Shown here: positions 11,501 through 18,316 of the stretch, in pieces
Position numbering within the stretch: position 1 is the stretch's first letter
Layout: the number at the start of each line of letters is the position of its first letter
Assembly: GCA_964512935.1 (NCBI GenBank)
Contig: CAZEKU010000003.1
Span: 1-28,040, forward strand
Direction of reading: 5' to 3'
Length of the DNA: 28,040 nt
Origin: an uncultured Oscillospiraceae bacterium
GTDB lineage: Bacteria; Bacillota; Clostridia; Oscillospirales; Ruminococcaceae
The notes under the pieces: model-generated
Seen by the model: the letters and a program-made list of their open reading frames with translations, nothing else
Database searches by the model: none
Told to the model about the DNA's origin: nothing
Program-made: the position numbers and the translations under genes

Positions 11501-11895
11501 CCGAAAAGGTTATTTCGGACAGCCGCAAGAGTTTTTGCATGAAAGGGCTTGTTCTCGATGATGAATCCGTGCTCAACGCAATGGAACCCGGTCTCGGCGG
11601 ATTTTACATCCCAGTAAAACAGAGCAAAAGTGGCCCTTCGGGCAGCGTTGCAAGCCTTGCGGAATTCGGTGCAATTAAGCGTCATATAGATTCCCTGCTC
11701 ATTGAAATGGCAACGGAGCTTTCCTCCGGAAAAATTGCCGCAATGCCCTATCGAAAAAACAGCAGTACACCCTGCGATTTTTGCAGATATAAGGCAATTT
11801 GCCGACGCAGTGAAAACGCTCCCTTTGTTGAGCACGAATCCTTTAAAAACGATGTGTTTTTTGAAAAAGTGAAAGGCGGTGAAAAGAATGGCTAA
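8581..11895 (+). CDS. addB: ATP-dependent helicase/nuclease subunit B (AddB)
   Basis: VPEQFSFESE, RWRDMAIIARD, Fe-S cysteines (QCPFSYF ... PCDFCRYKAIC), nuclease motif GTIDRVD...VVDYKTG; TTG start at 8581 after GGCGGTGG. Confidence 0.94.
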   Translation: MLRFIIGTNEEARRKLLYEHIANEKSSILIVPEQFSFESEKLIDEFLGSEKAQNVEVLGFSRLCNSIFRRFGGIAGNYTDDSVKLILMGAALSACENELCYYRKNVHGAPFIEKLVSTDTELKNAGITPAQLGEFSKAEGALGEKASDLSLIFELYNSMLEKSYVDPLTDIKRACEILSENDFFKDKAVFIDNFTGFTGSEYKMLRCIIEQSPTVEVSLCCDSIYDQSGGTGLFSKTQRTAGRLEKIAKEASVSVKSPIYAENPDDNRPRAIIDLEENFLQTASNKGENLGEVRLIKAGDPYDEAYFVAVMARTLAEEQGYRWRDMAIIARDLSPYEHALPAAFKRAGIPLYMDTSAKLSSHPLASFISAALSAVRENFPTAEVLKLLKTGIFPISPEDAGEFENYCFVWNIRGNLFCEPFTGSPDGFRELKPSDSEKLEKLNLLREKIISPLEKLKLKLKNASGKEFSKAFYDFLCECEVIKGLQRLYDEFYNSGEIETAENLDAFWNVVISSLDKFSVALGDVRLEKDTLSRLFELVISTAEIGVLPHTLDSVSAGTADRMRPSDIKAVFVIGLCDGVFPAPPKNGSLFTLEERKLLANGGLDLGEGENDDILSERMYAYTSFTCASEKVFASYPKYDLAFAEQSPSMLISRLREAVGVLSEESTSDFREDFWLCSESFAFEHLASFGKNSTESSEALKKYFSEKEIWTERAQKLGSAVAAENFVLNDPENAERLYGKDFRFSPTKLDTFGQCPFSYFIKSGLSLKERQKAELSPLSAGTLIHYVLQVLIPKFGGKGLAVLSESELRSEVDSVLKEYLDTVMGSAKGKSSRFMYLYRRTAGFIVRLLRRLGDEFLHSEFVPYAFEEPLGGDKISYYQLETPDGKKITVEGTIDRVDVLERNGERYVRVVDYKTGSKDFALCDVYYGINMQMLVYLFSIESGGKGDLSNSIPSGVLYMPAKNSVLKMERSDSPEKVISDSRKSFCMKGLVLDDESVLNAMEPGLGGFYIPVKQSKSGPSGSVASLAEFGAIKRHIDSLLIEMATELSSGKIAAMPYRKNSSTPCDFCRYKAICRRSENAPFVEHESFKNDVFFEKVKGGEKNG

Positions 11896-14800
11896 GCGAA
11901 TTTGGAACAGCGATCAGCTTGATGCAATAACCTCTTTCGGTGGAAACCTTCTTGTTTCAGCTGCCGCAGGCAGCGGTAAAACCGCTGTTTTGGTAGAAAG
12001 AGTTGTGCGTATGCTCACAGATGAGCACGCACCTATTGATGCCGACCGCCTTCTTATAGTTACTTTCACAAGGCTTGCGGCGGCGGAAATGCGCAGCCGC
12101 ATAAATGCGGCCCTTTCGGAGCTTATTGCAAAAAATCCCGATGATGCAAGGCTTTCACGACAGCTCCTTTTGATGGAGCGTGCTCATATCGGAACAATAC
12201 ATTCCTTCTGCTCCGAAATTGTTCGTGAAAACACAAGCCTTCTCGGAATCATGCCCGACCCATCCATTGCAGACGAGGACGAAAGTGCGGATATTTCATT
12301 TTCCGCCCTTGAGGATACCATCGAAAAGTTCTATTCAGAGGGCGACAGCGACTTTTTGGAGCTTGCGGAAACTCTCGGTGCGGGAAGGGATGACTCCGGA
12401 CTTTCGGATTCCGTGCTCACGCTCTACGGTTTCATAAGCGCACTTCCCCATTATGAGGATTGGCTCGACGAAAAGGCTGCCCTTTATGATCCCGATATAC
12501 CCGTAACAAGTTCCGTTTGGGCAACAATTCTTTTCGAATATGCAGACTCCGTGCTCAAATATCACCTCTCTCGTGCAAAATATATGGCAGAGGAATGTGA
12601 TAAGGAATTTTGCGATGAATATGCGGATATGTTCCGTGACGATGTCTTTGTTTTGGAAAGACTTTCGGATGTTTGCGGTCAACATGATTGGGAAAGACTC
12701 CGCACAATGTTCGCCTCTCCTGGTTTTATGAAAAAACCCGCCGTAAAAGATGTTGACCCGGTGCTCAAAGATAAGGTTGCCGCCGTAAGGGATGCTTACT
12801 GCGGCTCAAAGGGCATTATAAAATCGGTTCTTGCGGAGGAATTTTCCGTTTCTCTTGAAGAATTTTCCGATGATATCTCCGCAAACCTTTGCAATTTCAA
12901 ATGCCTTTCAAGGGTAACGCTTGAATACGCAAGGCGTTTTTCTGAACTTAAAAGAGAAAAACGCCTGATTGACTACACCGACCTTGAACAGATGACCCTT
13001 TCGGTGCTCACTGAAAAAGATGAGCACGGAAACTATGTTTCTACCCCTCTTGCAAAGGAAATATCCTCCCGTTTCGACTATATTTTGATCGACGAATGTC
13101 AGGATATAAACAAGGTTCAGGACACGATTTTTTCATCAATTTCAAACGGAAACAACCTTTTCTTCGTAGGCGATGTAAAGCAGAGCATCTATCGTTTCAG
13201 ACAGGCTATGCCCGAACTTTTCCTTGAAAAAAGAAGGGATTGGCCTATTCTTAAAGAAACCAGCAGCTATCCCGCCACAATAATTCTCGGAAAAAACTAC
13301 CGCAGCCGAAAGAATATTGCGGATGCCGTAAACTATATTTTCGGTCAGATTATGTCAAAAAAAGCTGCCGAAATTGAATATGACCGCTCCGAAATGTTAA
13401 TTCCGCAGGCAGAATTTCCCGAAAATTATGAAATTCGCAACGAATTTATGCTTGTTGAGGCAGATTCCGAAAACGCTAAAGCCGAGGCTCGTGCGGTGGC
13501 ACAGCGCATTTATAATATGGTACAAGGTGGCGAAACCGTTTCGGAAAACGGAATTCTCCGCCCAATTCGATATTCCGATATCTGTATACTTTTCCGCTCT
13601 CCTAAAGGAAAAGCAGAAATTTTCCTTTCGGAGCTTCGTAAAAAAGGCATAAACTGTCGCAGTGAAAACGATAAAGGTTTCCTTTCAAGACCCGAAATCG
13701 CCGCAGTTTTAGATGTTTTAAAAGCAGTTGACAATCCGCTTTTGGATATTCCTCTTGCAGGTGCAATGCTTTCCGAGATGTTCCTTTTCACTCCGGATGA
13801 GCTTGCCTCAATTCGCTGTGAAAGCAAAAAGTTACCGCTTTATTCCTCCGTAAAGCTTGCTGCGGAAAAGGGTAATAAAAAAGCCGCAGGCTTTTTGAGC
13901 ACCCTTGATGAACTTCGCAGAACTGCCTCCTATGAGCGCAGCGATTTTGTAATAGAAAAGCTCTATGATATGACCTCTTTTCCCCAGGTTATGCGCAGCT
14001 GTGATGAGGGTGAGCTGAAACTTGCAAACCTAAGGCTGCTCATAAAATACGCCTCCGACAGGGAAAATTCCGGTGCTCATGGACTTTCCGCATTTATCCG
14101 ATTTATAAATCGTCTTGAGGAGCGTGAAAGTGACCTCAAACCCGCAAGCTCCACCGGAAACGGTGGAAATTCGGTCAGAATCATGTCCGTTCACGGTTCA
14201 AAGGGACTTGAATTTCCGGTAGTTTTCCTTTGCGGAACGGGAAAGCTTTTCCGCACTGAAAGAAGCGATTCTCCGCTTTTACATCCCGATTTCGGATTTG
14301 CCTGTCCTGCCAAGGACAGCCTTACGGGTGCAAGATATGTAACCGCCCCTCAGCTTGCCCTAAAGCATGAGCTTAGACGCTACGGCCTTGCAGAGGAAAT
14401 GCGTATTCTTTATGTTGCACTTACAAGACCTAAGGAGAGGCTTATTATAACCTGCTGTAAAAAGGACTGTGGAAAATACCTTACCTCATTAGCACCGAGC
14501 GCACGCTCCGAAAAAAGGATCGATCCCTTTGCAATTTCCTCCGCAAAATGTGAGGCGGATTGGATTTTGCTTGCGCTTTTGCATCATCCTAATGCAGAAA
14601 ATTTTCGTGTTATTGCAGGGCTTGAGGATGATTTTATAATTCCCGACGAAAGCCCCTGGCTTTTCAGCATTGCTGATGAAACCGAGGAGGACGATATTTC
14701 CTCCGAGGAGGAAAATGTTAAAGCAGAGCCCGATGAGGAGCTTTATCGCACACTTATGATGCGTGAAAAATGGAAATATCCCTTTGCGGCATCCGAAAAA

Positions 14801-15391
14801 ATACCCTCAAAGGCAGGCGTTTCCGCACTTACCCATGAAAATATGCGTAAAAAGCTGCGCTTTTCCGCAAAACCCGTCGGCGAAAATCTATCCGGTGCAG
14901 ACCGTGGAACGGCACTTCACACCTTTATGCAGTTTTGCGATTTCAGCCTAACGGAGCTTGACCCCGTTTTGGAGATAAATCGCCTTAAAGAAAAGCGTTT
15001 CCTTACGGAAAAGCAGGCTGAGGTAATAAATCCCGATAAAATCAAGGCATTTTTTGAAAGCGACCTTTACCGCAGAATTAAAAATTCACCCGATGTTAAG
15101 CGTGAACTTAGGTTCTTGCGAGGAGTTTCCGCAGCAGAGCTTGGCTATGAGGGTGCCTCCGAGGAGGATAAAATAACTGTTCAGGGCGTTGCGGACTGCG
15201 TTTTTGAAGAAAACGGCAAATACATTGTAGTTGACTACAAAACGGATTTTGTTGAGGATATCGAAGAGCTTCGTGAACGCTATTCCGAACAGCTTTTGAT
15301 GTATAAAAAACTCCTTTCCGAAAGTCTCGGAAAGGAAGTTTCCTCTGCAATAATCTGGTCCTTCCATTTCGAAAAATCCCTTGAAATATAA
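11888..15391 (+). CDS. addA: ATP-dependent helicase/nuclease subunit A (AddA)
   Basis: AAAGSGKT Walker A, TFTRLAAAEMRSRI, ILIDECQD, VGDVKQSIYRFRQA, HGSKGLEFPVV, YVALTRPKE, QGVADCVF...VVDYKTD; overlaps the addB stop. Confidence 0.96.
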   Translation: MAKRIWNSDQLDAITSFGGNLLVSAAAGSGKTAVLVERVVRMLTDEHAPIDADRLLIVTFTRLAAAEMRSRINAALSELIAKNPDDARLSRQLLLMERAHIGTIHSFCSEIVRENTSLLGIMPDPSIADEDESADISFSALEDTIEKFYSEGDSDFLELAETLGAGRDDSGLSDSVLTLYGFISALPHYEDWLDEKAALYDPDIPVTSSVWATILFEYADSVLKYHLSRAKYMAEECDKEFCDEYADMFRDDVFVLERLSDVCGQHDWERLRTMFASPGFMKKPAVKDVDPVLKDKVAAVRDAYCGSKGIIKSVLAEEFSVSLEEFSDDISANLCNFKCLSRVTLEYARRFSELKREKRLIDYTDLEQMTLSVLTEKDEHGNYVSTPLAKEISSRFDYILIDECQDINKVQDTIFSSISNGNNLFFVGDVKQSIYRFRQAMPELFLEKRRDWPILKETSSYPATIILGKNYRSRKNIADAVNYIFGQIMSKKAAEIEYDRSEMLIPQAEFPENYEIRNEFMLVEADSENAKAEARAVAQRIYNMVQGGETVSENGILRPIRYSDICILFRSPKGKAEIFLSELRKKGINCRSENDKGFLSRPEIAAVLDVLKAVDNPLLDIPLAGAMLSEMFLFTPDELASIRCESKKLPLYSSVKLAAEKGNKKAAGFLSTLDELRRTASYERSDFVIEKLYDMTSFPQVMRSCDEGELKLANLRLLIKYASDRENSGAHGLSAFIRFINRLEERESDLKPASSTGNGGNSVRIMSVHGSKGLEFPVVFLCGTGKLFRTERSDSPLLHPDFGFACPAKDSLTGARYVTAPQLALKHELRRYGLAEEMRILYVALTRPKERLIITCCKKDCGKYLTSLAPSARSEKRIDPFAISSAKCEADWILLALLHHPNAENFRVIAGLEDDFIIPDESPWLFSIADETEEDDISSEEENVKAEPDEELYRTLMMREKWKYPFAASEKIPSKAGVSALTHENMRKKLRFSAKPVGENLSGADRGTALHTFMQFCDFSLTELDPVLEINRLKEKRFLTEKQAEVINPDKIKAFFESDLYRRIKNSPDVKRELRFLRGVSAAELGYEGASEEDKITVQGVADCVFEENGKYIVVDYKTDFVEDIEELRERYSEQLLMYKKLLSESLGKEVSSAIIWSFHFEKSLEI

Positions 15392-15400
15392 TCTTTAATA

Positions 15401-15432
15401 AAAAAACAGCACCCCTTCGGGTGCTGTTTTTT
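15401..15432. terminator. Bidirectional intrinsic terminator between addA and the SnoaL-like gene
   Basis: AAAAAA-CAGCACCC-CTTC-GGGTGCTG-TTTTTT between convergent stops. Confidence 0.9.
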
Positions 15433-16060
15433 ATTCCTCTGAAAATATCCATTCGCTTGCTTCATCGTAAAGCGCATTTACTGTTTTAAGATCGTCTTCG
15501 CCGGGAAGCTCCGATGTTACATCAAGACCCTTTCTTCCCAAATGGTCTGTAAGGCATTTATAGCTTTCCCTTTTTTCTTTATTGCTTACAGCGGTTTCGG
15601 GAATGGATTTTCCCTCAACGGGATCCATCCAATCACGCTCATAAATGCAATCGAAGCCCTTTATTTTCCAAACTCCGTTTTCCTTTTGAACTTTATAAAG
15701 AAGTCTTGAATAGCCTTTTACATCAAATTCAACACCATCAACTTTTTCCCTCGGGCCAACCAATGTGCACTGCATTTCCGCTATGGCTTTATTCTTCCAA
15801 AGCCATATCATGGTGCTGTGTATTTTATGTTTTGCACCAAGTCCCTGACCACTTGAGCGACGGACAAATTCTCTGCCGTCACCGTCATACCAGGTTATTC
15901 TAACTCTGCTTTCTTCGGAATAGGTCTGCTCCATTTTATCAAAATGAAGATTATCTCGATAATAGCGCTCGGACTCAATAAGGTTTTTTATATTGTGTTT
16001 ATCGAGCATTGCCTGCATATCGTCTTCATAGGTTACAATATCAAAAAAAGATTTTTTCAT
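15431..16060 (-). CDS. SnoaL-like / NTF2-fold protein (SnoaL_4-type, putative dehydratase or lyase)
   Basis: ATG at 16060 follows GAGGG. The pattern IKNLIESERYYRD...W...KHKIH...RLLYKVQKENGVWKIKGFDCIYERD is typical of NTF2/SnoaL folds. Confidence 0.78.
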   Translation of the reverse strand: MKKSFFDIVTYEDDMQAMLDKHNIKNLIESERYYRDNLHFDKMEQTYSEESRVRITWYDGDGREFVRRSSGQGLGAKHKIHSTMIWLWKNKAIAEMQCTLVGPREKVDGVEFDVKGYSRLLYKVQKENGVWKIKGFDCIYERDWMDPVEGKSIPETAVSNKEKRESYKCLTDHLGRKGLDVTSELPGEDDLKTVNALYDEASEWIFSEE

Positions 16061-16073
16061 ATATCCCTCTATC

Positions 16074-16106
16074 AAAAGAAGGCACTTTTAAAGTGCCTTC
16101 TTTTTT
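16074..16106. terminator. Terminator-like hairpin between the esterase and SnoaL-like genes
   Basis: AAAA-GAAGGCACT-TTTAA-AGTGCCTTC-TTTTTT; on the minus strand only 4 U follow the stem. Confidence 0.75.
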
Positions 16107-16122
16107 CTGCTGATATTAAATA

Positions 16123-17172
16123 TTATTTCAAATGTTTCTCGATGAAATCAAATGCAATCTGGAAACGTTCGGGAGTCATGAACCAAGGATCGTCGCAGTG
16201 ATGCTTGCCTTCACCAACGATGAAGTCGGTATTTTCTTCACCGATTACGCTTACAAGTTTTTCATGGAATGCTTCTGCAATCTCGAAAGGTACGATCGGG
16301 TCATCGGTTCCATGGAAAAGAAGAATAGGAGAAGTTTCTTTATTTACATGATGTTTGGGGTCTGCAAGTCTGAGGAGATCGTGAGCTTTAGGAAGAGGTA
16401 AACCGAAGAGCCAAGACTCAACAGAGTTAGGATCGTTATGCGGGAAGAGTACCGGAACACCGGTGCGCTCTGCAAGTTTATCAAGATATGCGTCAAATTC
16501 ACCCATATTGCCGCAAGGGCCGCTTCCTACGATAGCTACCTGAACACGGCTGGACTGATCCATGTTGCCGAGGGTATCATCATTGAACATTTCCTCATCA
16601 CCGGTAACTGCAAGCATTGCGGAAAGATATGCACCTGCAGAATATCCCCAAGAGATAATTCTGTTAGGATCGATATTAAGTTCTGCTGCATGAGCACGCA
16701 TATAACGAACTGCTGCTTTTACATCGTAAACACATGCCGGCCAATGTGCTTCGCCGGAAAGACGATAGTCCATTGATACCATTGCATAACCTTTTTCGAG
16801 AAGCTGGAACATAGGAGGAAGAGTAAAGTCTTTAGCACTACCGCCGCAGAAACCGCCTGCATGGAGGTTAATGATTACGGGGAAAGGGCCTTCACCGGTT
16901 TCGGGATAGTAAATATCGAATTTCTGATTTTCGGATTTGTCTGCATAATGAATATCGAATTTTTTGTTGGAAACTTTGTCCATAAGCTCCTGCGGACAAA
17001 GTCCCTTAGGATAAACATTTGAGAACTTTTCCTCATACTTGTCGTAAAGATCCTTCGGTGCAGCATTGATATCGTTGAACAATGCTGCATATTCTTCTTG
17101 GTTGGAAGAATATGGGTCGTCCTCAAAGTTAAAGCCTTTTTCCATATAATTGGTGTTTTCATTCTCAGCCAT
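16123..17172 (-). CDS. Alpha/beta hydrolase (HSL/BD-FAE-like esterase)
   Basis: ATG at 17172 follows GAAAGGAG. Oxyanion-hole-like HAGGF, DYRLS, nucleophile GYSAG, HGTDDPIVP and a C-terminal His (GKHH). Confidence 0.9.
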   Translation of the reverse strand: MAENENTNYMEKGFNFEDDPYSSNQEEYAALFNDINAAPKDLYDKYEEKFSNVYPKGLCPQELMDKVSNKKFDIHYADKSENQKFDIYYPETGEGPFPVIINLHAGGFCGGSAKDFTLPPMFQLLEKGYAMVSMDYRLSGEAHWPACVYDVKAAVRYMRAHAAELNIDPNRIISWGYSAGAYLSAMLAVTGDEEMFNDDTLGNMDQSSRVQVAIVGSGPCGNMGEFDAYLDKLAERTGVPVLFPHNDPNSVESWLFGLPLPKAHDLLRLADPKHHVNKETSPILLFHGTDDPIVPFEIAEAFHEKLVSVIGEENTDFIVGEGKHHCDDPWFMTPERFQIAFDFIEKHLK

Positions 17173-17214
17173 GACAAAGTCTCCTTTCAAAATTAAAGAC
17201 ATTTTTTGTTTTCT

Positions 17215-17228
17215 GCTACCTTGGTAGG
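17215..17228. promoter_or_regulatory. Palindromic operator copy 1
   Basis: GCTACC-TT-GGTAGG, 11 nt downstream of the -10 of the esterase promoter. Confidence 0.75.
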
Positions 17229-17239
17229 CTTTCACCAAG

Positions 17240-17268
17240 AGAATAGCAGATATTCTCTTTTCTGTCAA
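17240..17268 (-). promoter_or_regulatory. Sigma-A promoter P1 of the esterase-SnoaL unit
   Basis: Minus strand TTGACA-17-TATTCT with extended TG-C. Confidence 0.75.
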
Positions 17269-17336
17269 TAGAATTTCTCATTTTTTTGTACAAAAACAAC
17301 TAATTTACAACGAAATCAGTCCCGTTATTGACAAAA

Positions 17337-17345
17337 TGATAAAAT
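17337..17345 (+). promoter_or_regulatory. Possible extended -10 promoter P2 pointing into the intergenic region
   Basis: TG-A-TAAAAT, 13 nt upstream of operator 2; no good -35. Confidence 0.35.
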
Positions 17346-17358
17346 TCATCCCTGCATA

Positions 17359-17372
17359 GCTACCCGGGTAGT
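17359..17372. promoter_or_regulatory. Palindromic operator copy 2
   Basis: GCTACC-CG-GGTAGT. Confidence 0.75.
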
Positions 17373-17551
17373 TGTGCAATAACAGCCTGGAAACAATTAT
17401 TATGTGATTCGGAAATTCTTCGTATTTATAATTGCCAAAGTCAAGGGCTTTTTTATCCCATTTTTTCGACTTTTGAAAAACGAATTTTTCCTCTTGTTAC
17501 ATAATATAATTCTTATTTCCGTTATATATTTGTTTCAAATCTACCACGATA

Positions 17552-17565
17552 GCTACCGCGGTATC
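17552..17565. promoter_or_regulatory. Palindromic operator copy 3
   Basis: GCTACC-GC-GGTATC, overlapped by a degenerate copy CTACC-AC-GATAG at 17541-17552. Confidence 0.75.
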
Positions 17566-17576
17566 TTCGCAAGCTC

Positions 17577-17605
17577 AATATACCACATTAGTTAGTTAAT
17601 GTAAA
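17577..17605 (-). promoter_or_regulatory. Sigma-A promoter P3 (minus strand)
   Basis: TTTACA-17-TATATT with extended TG-G; operator 3 lies 11 nt downstream, the same geometry as P1. Confidence 0.6.
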
Positions 17606-17657
17606 TAGTTTTTTTCGCATTTTTAAAACATTTTTTGCGAAAAACTTGAAATGCAGG

Positions 17658-17686
17658 TTGACTTTTGTAGATAATCGACTTATAAT
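17658..17686 (+). promoter_or_regulatory. Sigma-A promoter P4 of the membrane protein-DASS unit
   Basis: TTGACT-17-TATAAT. Confidence 0.8.
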
Positions 17687-17693
17687 ACAATTG

Positions 17694-17707
17694 GCTACCG
17701 TGGTAAT
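17694..17707. promoter_or_regulatory. Palindromic operator copy 4
   Basis: GCTACC-GT-GGTAAT at the predicted +1 of P4. Confidence 0.75.
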
Positions 17708-17793
17708 TAAAACAAACTTAATTTCAAATGTTCTTTCAGAAAAATAACTGTCTTTATTCCGCCTTGTTAAATGTATTATGGGGGTTATTTTTT

Positions 17794-18288
17794 ATGATGA
17801 GCAAAAAAAGAGTTCTTTATTACTTTACTGGCCTCGTTCTATTTTGGTTTGGTTTTCCCGATTTTTGTCGGTATGTTCCTTATGGGCGGTATTGATTGGC
17901 CCCATGTCCCGATCAACTGTCTTTTGGGAACCGTAGTCGGAACTGTTCTTTGCGCCATTGTTCCTTTGGGCAGAATTTCCGCTATGCTTGCAATGAAAAT
18001 TACTAAAAACCCGGAACCTTCCTTTTCGCCTGTGTTCGATACATCTTCCAGGTTGTAATGCTGCTTTTGGTATTGATGCCCGTATTTATCACCTTTGATG
18101 CCTGCGTATTGGGTGATGCACTCGTTATGGCTGTTCCTCCGAACTGCTATGCAATGTATCCTCAGGTATATGTGATTGCATACATTGCAGCATTGATAGG
18201 CGACAAACCTATTGAATACCTTGCAGAAGTATTTGCAGGAGAACGAAAGAAAAAAATAAATAAAAGCGCAATATTTACTGCGCTTTGA
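17794..18288 (+). pseudogene. Frameshifted membrane protein gene (about 4 TM helices), split by two homopolymer indels
   Basis: MMSKK (frame 1) joins EFFITLLASFYFGLVFPIF...KITK (frame 2) across an A7 run at 17803-17809. That joins KPGTFLFACVRYIFQVVMLLLV...(frame 1) across an A5 run at 18005-18009. Together they give one continuous hydrophobic ORF of about 164 aa. Confidence 0.72.
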
Positions 18289-18316
18289 ACTTTTAAAACA
18301 GAAAGGAGAATTGCGC

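Noticed and set aside
13087-13110. AddA Walker B variant DECQD instead of DEYQD/DEFQD
   Set aside because: The catalytic DE and Q are retained; a single tolerated substitution.
227-15477. Many short alternative-frame and antisense ORFs overlapping lepA, dnaG, rpoD, PBP1A and addAB
   Set aside because: Fully nested in well-supported genes, with no RBS or domain signal.
17328-17333. Perfect TTGACA on the plus strand near operator 2
   Set aside because: No acceptable -10 at 16-18 bp (CCTGCA), so not called as a promoter.
17416-17444. Minus-strand TTGACT as a further promoter
   Set aside because: The -10 position reads GAAGAA/AAGAAT; poor match.
17404-17595. 63-aa plus-strand ORF in the control region
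   Set aside because: No RBS; low-complexity F/I/L sequence expected from AT-rich DNA; it overlaps operator 3 and promoter P3.
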